A stretch of 64,000 nucleotides of DNA, from positions 25,292,345-25,356,344 of the forward strand of contig NC_134028.1 in the NCBI RefSeq assembly GCF_964204645.1. The letters are read 5' to 3'. This document shows, one piece after another, positions 42,586 through 54,265 of this stretch. Origin of the DNA: Tubulanus polymorphus. Taxonomy: Eukaryota; Animalia; Nemertea. The position numbers were made by a program, and so were the translations under genes. The first letter of the stretch is position 1, and each line of letters begins with the position of its first letter. Below the pieces are notes generated by a model. That model searched no databases and had not been told where the DNA came from. It saw only the letters and a list, made by a program, of their open reading frames with translations.

Positions 42586-45500
42586 GCCATATTACAGATT
42601 TAACACATGTGACAAAACATTTGCTCAAGAGTGAGACATTGAAATAGTTGAAAGTTGCAACTACACATATCAAGGACACGGGGAGCGACGATTGTCAAAC
42701 AATTTCTATCTCGGTATATATACTTCTGATTGCGTAAAGTGTAGTAACAACATCGTAAAAACCAATAAGATTCTATCCATTCCAGTGACATTTCTGAACT
42801 ATCACTGAATGAATTATGCATTTGATCTCAATCTTATACATAAAATTTATGAACGTAGCGAATTTTACTTTATCCGGGACACGTTGCAGAGTCAAAGACC
42901 TAAGAGCAGTCGAAGCTCATTTGCTTCGATAGCCAATGGAACAACAAGACCAGTTGAAGCTCATTCGCATCTATAGCCAATTAAACAATCAATCTAAATT
43001 CATAACAAAAACAAAAACATGATCTAACAGTGGGCTACAGGCTGTATTATGTAGATTGAACAATTCTGCAAATTCTCAAACCGAATTGGAGAATTATTAT
43101 CTCAGGTAAAGTCTATACGCCGGTGTTTGGTAATTACCCGCGGTGACAGGTTTTATGTGGTGACTAGAGATGTGGAAAATTAAGATATACCGATGTTCAT
43201 CGAGCTAGTTTCACATAAGACGGCTAAATTATCTAGCGGATATAACCGTAATTAGTACGATCATTGTAGAAATGGAAATCTGATGGTATACGGAAAATTT
43301 TCGACGCGTTTTAAAGCTCCGTAAGGGGACACATTCGATTAGCAAGTTTCGATTATCGTTTCGCGAAAAGCGACGTTCAATTTCTAGGCTGCATTTAAAA
43401 CAGTCTACGATGCAGTAACGTTATACCCTGTGTGTGTGTGTGGATGATCTCTTGAAGCCGATGCGACTCAGCGAGTTTCATATCCTGCGCTATAATGCGG
43501 GCTACGTGATTTGAATTTGGAAACAGGTTGTTTAGGATTACCCCATGATTTGGGATTCGATCGATTTGTGATTAATGATTTCCCCGCTTCCGTAATGTCA
43601 AACAGTGAAACTCGACTGACAGTATCACTGACTGTTTCTAGACGCCGCGTTGTTTTCTTAGTTTCCAGTTAGCGCGAAAATGAGCTCATTTCCAACGGTT
43701 TTCGCATTCAAATTCATCACGTGGCAAGAGAGACCGGTTAAGGTTGTTCCGTGTCCGGTTATAGAGTACTCGCATTTGACGTTATTCCGAGCGATGACGT
43801 CACGCACTACGTTGACGTCATCACATTCATATTTCACGCTGAAGGTTCTGCGCTATTTGCCTGATAGACAACCGTTTTAAAAACCTCCTGAATTTCGAGA
43901 AGGCTAAAAATTCGTGCAGATTAATTATTGATGGTTCCCGTGAAAGATCTTCAGCCCATTCCCGAGGAACACCTCCACCAAATAATTGAAATATTCACCT
44001 CCATTGAAATAGTTGCCATTTTTAAATCTAAAGTAATTATGTCGATGTATTATAGAGACAAATCTTTACCATGAAAGCGCCCACAGTGTAAAACGGCTTT
44101 TCGGAAGTTTATTTGGAATAAACCTCGAAAATAAAGTTCATATGAAAACCGACTTAAGACCTCCGAATTTGTCCCAAGCTTTCGTACAAAAATTTTGTAA
44201 ATTTTTCTTGGAATTTTCCAGGAACTGAAAGCTCTTGTGTTAAAGCGAGTTCAGATGTTTAGATGTTGAAATGCAAGTAGGTGATGACGTCATAGCTCTG
44301 TCTTCAAGCGGTTTCATTAGCATTTTTGTTATACATTGATAGGTTTCAGAGAATCCGAACTAGCTCCAACTGCTTGGTCCATCGGGTGAATTGTTCAGGT
44401 CAGTCCGTTGGACTCGACCCTGAATAACAATAACATGGATGATTGGATTTGATTATCTTCACGTTAAAACTGGCGTATTTCTTGATTTGATGGCTTCTCC
44501 GAAATAGCTCCGCCGTTTTTATACGGTCGGTCACAAAATCATTTCGCTAATCAGAACCGACTAGGAGTCGTCGCATCTCGGATAGGTTATCATAAATGTA
44601 AAACCCGATCTCGGTTCGTCGATAACGTCTGCCTGAACCGACGTGTAGCGTGATTGATCGCACAATAACTAAATAAACATACGTTATATAAGAATACGAA
44701 GGATGCGATCAATCACAGCTTGAATCAATCAATCTGAAATCATGAATATTGATAGCTTTTACGTCGACGGTTGAAACAATCTCGACTTTCACTATTTTCT
44801 CGTGGTAATCTCGAAAAAAATATACATCTACAACAATATTTCAATGAGCAAGCAACCTTTCGTGCTTTCAACTTTCAATTTATGAAATTTTACCGTGTTA
44901 TTTCGTTTCATCGAGAGCTAGCAAAAAGCCCGTGGGAATGATGGGTATTTGAAGCGCGGCAAGCTTATCGATTCAACACATTTTCAGGGTTTAAGGGGTC
45001 GATTCTTATCAAGCGAACTTCGAATATCTCCCGTGATATCTCACATGCGATGGGATCTCGGGAACTCGGATAGTCTTGCCGGTGAAACCAAGGAGAATTA
45101 CTAATTTAGAGAATTGCTGGACCGCGAAGAGACCATGTCAGAGCACGGAGTAAATAAATTTGTAGTTTTAAGGTGAAGAAGAATGTGCTATAATGTTTTT
45201 TCAAAGAATCATAGTTATTGAGCGTCGTCTTGAAATTCTTCATTTATATGAAATTCAGTTATCATTTTTTGATCATGTACTTCTTGCTGATGCTTAATTA
45301 GCTTAATGGACGGAACATTAATCAGTTCATTTCACTCGTCGCCGAATACGCGAAATTTCATGCTGCTTTAGCAACATCACCGAAATATTCTTCAAACAAC
45401 GCATTTAATTAATGTATTTTTATGAAAAATCTATGCAAATCTATGCAAATATACGTAAATATGGTGGAAATCGATGTATTCATTTCAAGTGACACATAAT

Positions 45501-45710
45501 GTTAGTGTAGAAGAGAGATCTGTTCAGACGTTTTAAAGAAATGTATAGCATGATCCGGTGGATTCGACTTACTTCGATAACCGAAATTCGCACTGGCTTG
45601 CATTGGAACCCTCGTAATCTTCCAAAACAAATTTGTTTTTGTGACTTATCATATCGTAAAAATAAACCATCATTATCGATATAATTATTGTGATTATTAT
45701 CTATTTGCAG

Positions 45711-45904
45711 ACGGTATTGCGGTCTCCGAAGAGAAAAGGTTGATAAAACACTTATTAGATGATTACGAGATGGTCGGAGTGGTTGGTCGACCTGTACTCA
45801 ATACGTCGAACACGATTCGAGTAGAATTCGGTCTGGCTCTCATTCAAATACTCGATTTAGATGAAAAAAATCAAGTGCTCACTACAAACTGCTGGAGTAG
45901 ATAT
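45711..45904 (+). CDS. nAChR subunit coding exon 2 (N-terminal helix to loop D)
   Basis: tttgcag| acceptor and |gtaagt donor. Encodes DGIAVSEEKRLIKHLLDDY...GRPVLNTSNTIRVEFGLALIQILDLDEKNQVLTTNCWSRY, with typical nAChR RPV and LIQI-D-DEKNQ-L-TN-W motifs. Confidence 0.96.
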
Positions 45905-48900
45905 GTAAGTATTTCAGTCACGTTTTACGCACGTGTTGTCGATTACATTTAGGTCAAATCCATGTAATGCGGATTAAGCATTCGGGAAATGGCAAATGAC
46001 GCACGTGGAAGCTGTTTATCAAAGTTTATTAAACATGACGACACCTAATTCACAAGTCCCCGCTAATTTGTGCCTTGAGTTTATGTAGTGCACTTCCACC
46101 TTAGATTAGTGATGACGATTGTCCTTTTTAACCATTCAATCTTTTGTTCGATTGATTTGATGCTTAGTTCATGTGTCTCAACCCATCACACCTACCGGGA
46201 ACGAGTCGCAGTGTGTTCGGTTCGGAAATCGAAGTACAGATAAGTTCGAATGACCTGTCAAATTTACAACAGAAAGAAAAATGCTTTGATTGAAGCACGT
46301 TTCCGTGAAATGAATTTACCGCTCAGTTTTGTTTATTCGATGTAAAATATTGTATCCTCAGTAAATTTGGAAAAAGTTCCAGGACAGCAGGAAGTGACAA
46401 TTTCCATCGGTTAAAAACAAATTGGAGTTATTTCAGAGATCGCTTGGCGATCTTATTTTTTTTTTAGATGTTATGTCAGAAATAATCTCAAAAATATATC
46501 TTAATCACGCGTCCCCGCCAACGCTACCGTACTTTTCGGCCCGGCGATGATTGACGGATTGTTTCCAACTGTAATTCCGGATAAGACGTAGTTTACTGCG
46601 CGTTCTGTTGACGGTTACCGCGATAGAGAATTTAAAACTGACTTAACAATTACAAAAGAATGTCTTAGCGCGCAATCGTAGCGTAGAGGCAGAATCCCTG
46701 TAAGCAAATTCCTCGATCCCGAGTAACCACCGTTGAGAATTTAGTGGAATTAAATTGGTCTATTCGCTGTCATCAAGATATTCCCTTTTAATTAGATCAT
46801 TGTATTGGAAAAAATTTCACACGCGTCGTCGTTAGGCGAAGGTGTCCTTGGCTGTTTGAGTCGAGGTCCGACGGGCGGCACCTCCGAGATGTGGAAGGCG
46901 AGGATCTTATCATAATCTTATTATAATCAGGAAATACATAACTAAAAATCGAAACACGTAAACACAAAAGTTGTTTCTTGTTTCGACGTTTTTCTTGCGG
47001 CGAGCTTACAGTAGTTTACAGTCAGACTCATTATTTGCCAGTATGTCACCGCGCACAGCCGAGAGTGTCGCTTTTCAGAGGCGGGAACATATTATTAGAC
47101 GAACGACCGACTTGGTGAACATATCTTCCCTCAACACAACACCTCGACCTCTGTTAATAAACTGACAATGATGGATCGTCTGCTAAACCTTCAGCTAATG
47201 ACCTTCTCCATTTTTAAAGGAGATTACAGATTTATCTTATATCGAGGGCTGATATTACGTTGATCGTCCCGAGGAGGAGAAAGTGCTGACAGCGACGCTC
47301 ATATCAATCAATATACACTAACACAGTATGATATTGATGAATTATCGGCTATATTTCTGTCTATTTTTATCTGTTAGATATGATATAATCTCCGCCTCGT
47401 AGCGTGTAGCAGTGACCTGGTTTGGGTATATGCTGATGCAGTTTTGCTCTTGGGCAGATTAGTTATGTCCGGTGCCTGGAGGTGTAGCCGAACCGGTGGA
47501 AAGTTACGAATTTCTTCTCCTCGTTCACACTACGTTATTTAGAAAGTTCCAAGAGTTCCTATTTTGGAAGAGTCCGTTCCGCGATAGAACGGACCAATCG
47601 TTCACACTAACGAAAACCCGTTCCAAATCGGCCCTTACCATTCTTAAAGGCTGATGACAATCCCAATTTAGAAAAAGGGACCTAACCAGGTTCGTTCTAG
47701 AGTTTAGGAACGGACCATTTCTTTCTGTGTCAATAGAAACGTCGCCAGTCAGCGTCTAGATGAATCTGTGAATGCACAGCATTGATTTGGTCCATCCTAG
47801 TCCGTTCCGGCTACGGGCCAAATAAAAACGAACTAACTTGCGATAGTGCGAACATGGCCGCCCGGTTTTGCTAGAAATGTATATGTACGGTAGTAAACTA
47901 ATAGTTCTAGATGCAAAAAGATATAAACTTTGATGGCTCGAAATGTGACCACGCTAGCTGTTCTGTTGACCTTCCTCGTCGAACCCTTCTGGAACGATAC
48001 GGACAAAGATCGATACGTTATACTTTCTTGTTAGGCTGTTAGCGATAACGAATTGTTTACGAATTACAGAAAGCCGCGAATCTGTTTTTTTCTCATTCCG
48101 TATCTTTTTATTACAGCGTCGACGTTTTATTCTTTCGCTGTCGGTGTTTTCAATTTCCGGGTTCAACCTCTCGTGGGCTTTCTTTCGCATCTGTCACATT
48201 ATACTTCTAACAATGCTGTCAGAATCGAGAGAGATAAAGTCTTATTCGTCGCTGATGGTCGGAATTTTTTCCCTATTTTTCATTGTTTACGTTCAGCAGT
48301 ATAGATCGCGCAATTATGCGGATCGCCGATCCGGGAAATACAACGTATGCCCGTGTGTGTATGTGCATACCGAATTTCCTTTCGTATCGAAAACTTGAGG
48401 ACCAATCTTCGTTCGACTGTGGCAATCGAGGATTCCGCTCGTGACAAGCGAGGATCCACCATCGGGTTCTCTAAATGCGCATTCGAACAACAATGCCGCA
48501 TTTCTTCTCAGATTCATTTTGAATTTATCCATATTTCAGAATGACGAATAAAGTTCGCGCTGCATCTGAACCCTTAATTCAGTTCAATTGTGGTTTATCT
48601 TGGGACGTGATTTTCCAAATTTCTTATGTGCGTGGCTAACAATCATGATAAAAGTTCATTAAAAATTAAATAACCCTCGATTGACATGTCCTATTGTCCA
48701 CGTCATCTGGTGGGATAGCTGGTGGGCAGTTGGGTCCTCGTTTTTTCAGATTAAGTCGAAACGTTGAAATATGCAACTAGCTTAAAGAAACCTATTGCAT
48801 TTTAAACTTTATTCTTAGCGTGGGTTTTCGTACTCACAAAACCTGCCGTAACCTAATGAGAAAACTGGGATAAGCGCCCATCATATCCGTTGAGTATGCA

Positions 48901-49018
48901 TATGTTGAGTATGCAAGAAATCGGCGTGAACGGCTGCGTCTTATCAAACGAACAAAGTGAACACAATTTTACCGTTTCATTACGCTAACGTCCAGCACCG
49001 ACAGTATAAACCCTTAAG

Positions 49019-49145
<127 letters not shown>

Positions 49146-49274
49146 GTTTAGAACTCGCGTATCATTCATGCTTTCATCCCTAGCCAACACAATGTCGATT
49201 TCGTATGTAAAATGAGTTGTGTTTTGCCGATATTAATTGTATGCTCTTTTACGATGTGTGTATTTCATTTGTAG

Positions 49275-49384
49275 CACTGGATAGATATTTTACTCCAATG
49301 GAACCCTGATGATTTCGGTGGAGTGAAAGAAGTCCGCATACCTATAGATAAAGTATGGACACCTGACATCGTCCTATATAATTA
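49275..49384 (+). CDS. nAChR subunit coding exon 3 (110 nt, loop A)
   Basis: tttgtag| acceptor and |gtgagt donor. Encodes [36 protein letters not shown](Y), containing the W-P-D-I-V-L-Y-N loop A motif. Phases 0/2 fit neighbouring exons. Not in the ORF track. Confidence 0.96.
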
Positions 49385-50114
49385 GTGAGTATTCGTGAGT
49401 ATGGCAAGCAGGTGTGAATAATCTCCCAAACCCCACCCATTCTCTCGTCTCCCCGACACCCGAAACTCCTGTATCACGTTACGTGCCATGTGCAGCCAGC
49501 CACGCGTGTTTCTACACATGACGCGAGCAACCGTTTACGTCATATAATCTCTTAATCTGGCTAGAAATTCGTGATTTAGTGTTGACACGATTAACACCGA
49601 ATGTTACTTAGAAAACGAATACATCAACGATGAGTTACCGAGTGACGTATTTCGAAAATTGCGGCGAAAAAAAAACATAAATTAAATATTTTATACGCCT
49701 TCGTCCGTAAAGTGGGTTAAAACAACTGTGACTGTTATACGCGTGCACCTCCAAAACTCGTAACTGTGGAACTGGGTCCCGGTTTCTTGGTGATCAAGAA
49801 AATGAAACTCCGAACGCACTAATATGAGTGGGGCTCGGTGGGTTGATGGGATTAAAGAAATTCCAAATCTGCTCTAATAATTCCCCGATTGATGCTCTGA
49901 GTTGTGGAAAAGATGATAATGATAGCCCGACTATCAGCTTGAGGAGAAAGAAACCTCGAACCTGCCCTGAGTAACCCTCGGTGAATTGAGGGGAAAAGAA
50001 ACCTTGAGTCTGTTGATAGTACCCTCAGTCATGGTCGAGGGATGAGAAAGTAACTTTGATAAGTTATAGTCTATCGCGAATGATATTGATATGAGGATTT
50101 TAATTTGTTTGCAG

Positions 50115-50569
50115 TGCTGATGACCGTCTAGAAGAGAAACGCAAAGCCATGGCCGTTGTATCCAACGATGGATCAGTTTTATATATACCGCCAGCCATCT
50201 TCAAAAGTTCGTGCCCGATAAACACTGAACATTTCCCCTTCGATTACCAGCGATGCGACTTGAAATTCGGATCGTGGACGTACGACGGTTTCAAGTTGGA
50301 CATAGGTTTTTTCGACAGCAAAGACGAAGTGGATTTAACCGATTATATACCAAGCAACGAATGGGATGTCATATCCCATCCGGCAATTAAGAATACTAAA
50401 TATTATCCATGCTGTAAAGAACCTTATCCAGACCTGACATTTACTGTCGTCATTAAAAGGAAATCTGCTTTTTACAATTACATTCTAATACTGCCGTGTG
50501 TACTGTTATCGTCCTTGACCTTGGTGGTGTTCTGGTTGCCCCCGGAATCTCCCGCTAAAATGGTACTGG
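50115..50569 (+). CDS. nAChR subunit coding exon 4 (Cys-loop, loops B and C, M1, start of M2)
   Basis: tttgcag| acceptor and G|gtacgt donor. Contains Cys-loop CPINTEHFPFDYQRC (C-x13-C), loop B FGSWTYDG, loop C KYYPCCKEPYPD (vicinal cysteines mark an alpha subunit), M1 YILILPCVLLSSLTLVVFWLP and the linker PPESPAKMVLG. Confidence 0.98.
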
Positions 50570-51793
50570 GTACGTATTTTTTTATTTCTTTTTTTCTAGA
50601 TTACAATAACAACCTTTTTCAAATTCTGCATTACTATTAGGACTTTCAATATGTTTGAGATTTATTGCTATATTCGTCGTATACGTGACTGTTCTTGAAC
50701 TTTAACCATCCCATATAAAGGCTAATATGTCAAGAAATTAAGTATAGAAGTTCCTGGACCCAGTTCTGCAGTTGGTAGATAAAAAAAAATTATATTATGC
50801 TTTGGAGTCGATAAGGACTAGATCCTGTAAGTCAAATCAAAATAAGAATATAGGTAAAGACTGTTCATGAATTTTCGTTTTGATTTTAGCTTTCAAAGCG
50901 GTCTATGCTAATAGAGCACTTGCTTACGCTGACTCAAGAACAAACATGTTTATCCAAGATTCAATTCATCGACTTTAAGTTGATAATAAAGAATGCATTA
51001 TCACATTTCGTGGTAACCACTACATATGATTATAAAGGATCTATGGACATGTCGATAATTTTCGATCATGGATATTTGTCGACTTTTCTGACATTTGGAT
51101 TGATATTTTTGAATTTACATGGAAAACTGTTTTTGATGAATATGAGTTGCGAATGACCATTAGAAGTAAATATTTCTGATACGTCACCATGACCCCCCGT
51201 GGGGTGCTGCAAATAGGTGATAAAAATAGAACGCTAATTTAACCTGAGTTAACAGTAATTATCACTATATACATCCAGGTTGTTTATGGGACAGAGCAAA
51301 AATTCTTTAAGGCTGTGGACTATGAGATTAGATTGAATCTTGATGGATTTTTGGTTTAGTATTCATATCGATATTGTATTGTAAATTTTTGTGATTCGAT
51401 TTTCAATGTTTCACCTCGCCCGCAGCCAAAACTTCGACGTGAAAACTTGATCGCAACCGTCCTTTTCGAATCGTCGCATCATCCAACTTTGTCCCACTAA
51501 ATCACTAAATCGGAAAGGATTTCTTTGGATGATAGGAAAAATATTCCATTTTCAACTATCAAAAAAATTCTACAGAATTCAATTCATTTAACTATTAGAT
51601 TCATTTTCATGCTCCTGAATTAACCATATAATCCTATTTGGCTATTTCAACCTAGTGTTGTTATCGACGATTCCACTTGTGGCAAGTAGGGTCCACCAGT
51701 CGGCAATAGCGTGCAGTAGGACAGCAACGCTGTATTCCATCTCAGATTCAATCAAGATATATAATATGTATAATGCTCGTTTCATCGAGTAAT

Positions 51794-51995
51794 GTCCTAC
51801 TGTAACCCACGCCATCTGGTGGTATAGCTAGCTAGTATGGCTTAAGTAAGCCACGCCATCTGGCGGCCTTGAAAGAAATTTATCTTACTGTTAGCCACGC
51901 AATCTGGTGGCTTTAAGAGAAGTAGGTCCTACTAATAGCAACGCCATCAGCTTACTAGAATATCCTACTGTGAAGGACGCCATCTGGTGGAATAG
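51794..51995. repeat. Degenerate ~44-bp tandem array, each unit carrying a CGCCATCTGGTGG-like core
   Basis: Cores start at 51810, 51854, 51898, 51942 (degenerate) and 51978, with spacing 44, 44, 44 and 36. Confidence 0.85.
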
Positions 51996-52108
51996 TTGGT
52001 GGCATCGGCCGGGATTGACACAAGCTTTCGTTTGTTATCTAATAGGATATGTATCATTTTAGGCTTTCAGAGTGTTTGCGAGTATATATGATATTGTGTA
52101 ATTTTCAG

Positions 52109-52195
52109 GTATGAACATATTTGTGGCATTTTTCGTGCTGTTGCTTCTTTTAGCAGACACGACCCCGCCGGCAGCCAGGAAAATCCCGTTGATAG
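52109..52195 (+). CDS. nAChR subunit alternative exon 5a (M2 helix and M2-M3 loop)
   Basis: ttttcag| acceptor, G|gtaggg donor, 87 nt, phase 1/1. Encodes (G)MNIFVAFFVLLLLLADTTPPAARKIPLI(G). Confidence 0.92.
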
Positions 52196-52421
52196 GTAGG
52201 GGACCAGCCGGCCAACATAAACAAATTCTTCGACCCAGTGTACCCATCTATCTATCTCTCCTGGAAATCACTCCGTGGCATGTTTTACCACTGTAGCTTC
52301 CGTGATCTGTACGTGACTTCCGGAGAGGTCGCATACAGTCGCGCCATCTATATCTGACCTATATTTATATTATTATATGTATCTGAACTGAGACGACGGA
52401 CGTTGTTTTTATACATTTCAG

Positions 52422-52508
52422 GAATGAATATTTTTGTGGCCTTCTTTTTGTTACTACTTTTGTTGGCAGATGTAACTCCGCCCGCTGCGAGTAACGTACC
52501 CCGTATAG
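52422..52508 (+). CDS. nAChR subunit alternative exon 5b (duplicate M2 helix and M2-M3 loop)
   Basis: atttcag| acceptor, G|gtaaaa donor, 87 nt, phase 1/1. Encodes (G)MNIFVAFFLLLLLLADVTPPAASNVPRI(G); 23 of 29 residues are identical to exon 5a. Confidence 0.92.
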
Positions 52509-54188
52509 GTAAAATCCGGCACTTTGCATGGCTCATATCGTCCTGCAATTTTTCAACAGTCTTATATATCATTAGATCGCACCCAACGTACATATACACA
52601 TTTTCTAAAACGTGATCATTGGACGAACAATTTTGATCAATTTTTCTCAGCTACGATTGCAATTATTCCACCGACGCTTGCAAGGAATTTCGAGCCTTTA
52701 CACGCTTGAAAACTAACAATGATTAATTCCACGTTTTGTGTTCATTTAAAAAACTAACCTTTTTCAAGACAAAACCCCCCATCAGAACACCACAGGAACC
52801 GAACAACAAATGTTAATCAGATCTTCATTCTATTATACAAATTACAAATTATCATGTACGGTAGTATCACCTTTCACAATTTCCTAAACAAACATTAATC
52901 CTAAAACAACCCGGCCAAAATTCCTTGCTCGCTTATTTTCATCACATCGCTGTATAAAGAGCTTGCTTCGGGCAGCTGGCAAAGGTATAGACATCTCGAG
53001 GTTTAGATATAAGGGGCCGGATGCTGCCAACAAGATCGATGGTTATTTATGTGCAAATCTTTGCTTTTTTCAGTTTCACGATGTAAAAACTATGTATTCA
53101 CGCAGCCAATATACAGTGTAGTTCGATACGACACTAAATCATCACTATACCTTTGCCTACTTAACACGAGCCCCTGATTATTTCGGGGCTTTGTCGTCAT
53201 TTCAAAATTTTTCAATGTTGTTCCCTTTGTGATTTAAATTCTCGCATCTCAGTTGGTTAGACACATTGTTTGATAAATAGTAAAATGTAGTTCATCTCAG
53301 TCAAGCATCAAAAACATAGCATAGATATTCGATTCATTGTGCGATGCATTGTACCAATTCCTGAAAATGAACCACCTTTCTGCTTTTATTTTCATGAATT
53401 GCTATTAATATGATTTCTTGTAATAAATATGTTACCGCAAAATGTCTACGTATCTCATTTCAAATGAACGGTCGTCGGATGCAAGCACACTGTCAATTAG
53501 GAAGTAAATGCCTGGAATAGGTCTGAACGCACGGACAGTTCAACAAAACAACCATCGATTTCCAATCACATTTTACACTGTTTTGATGAAATTGGCGAAA
53601 AGAAATCTTGTTGTTTTACGTGGGTTCACAGATAATTTCTAGCACTTTGAAACTTTGCCTTCAAACGGGACCAAAACATCGAAATGATCAAGGTTTTTAG
53701 GCAGGATCGTTAACGTGTTTGAAAAAAATCCGAAGAAATTTTACAAAATGCTGGGGATTTTCTGTGATACCATCCAATGCAATAAGGTATTTATCGATTT
53801 CTTATCAGTTAAACACCTATTAGGTATATATCCCCGTTATAAAAAGAGAAATGGCACTAAACCGACCGTGCATTTGAAATGAAATGTAAATTAGTTAGAG
53901 CTTGATCAGTTGATCCAATGAAATACGTCATCGCGTCCTTTCCCAGGACGATACACATTGATCTGTTTACATTGATCTGTTCGCACATAATCTCCCTTCA
54001 TTTTGCGCACACAATTTTTAGTGTAGTATTTCATTCTAATGTGGAGTGGTTGTTGTCATCAGTTTGTTTTAGTGATACCGCGTGACTCGTAGAAGCACGT
54101 GACGTCACAATGAGTTGTAGAACTTCGTGGCTGCGAATGAGACGTAAGAATCGGAAATGAGCTCATCACGTATGACGCGATTCACCTG

Positions 54189-54265
54189 AGGCCGGTTATA
54201 TAGACTAGCCAGTTAACTGCCATTTTGCCCGGTTTTAAGTTAATACTGGTCTATATAACTGGCCC
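54189..54265. mobile_element. Very short MITE-like hairpin element
   Basis: aggccggttatatagactag ... ctggtctatataactggccc inverted termini. Confidence 0.6.

Noticed and set aside
52109-52508. Duplicate exon as an assembly or haplotype artefact
   Set aside because: The copies differ at most synonymous sites and the flanking intron sequences are unrelated, which is far beyond allelic divergence.
53074-53177. Possible third alternative exon (5c) after a strong acceptor-like site
   Set aside because: The phase-1 translation (VSRCKNYVFTQPIY...) has no M2 similarity and reaches a TGA. I found no third M2-like copy between 50570 and 55492.
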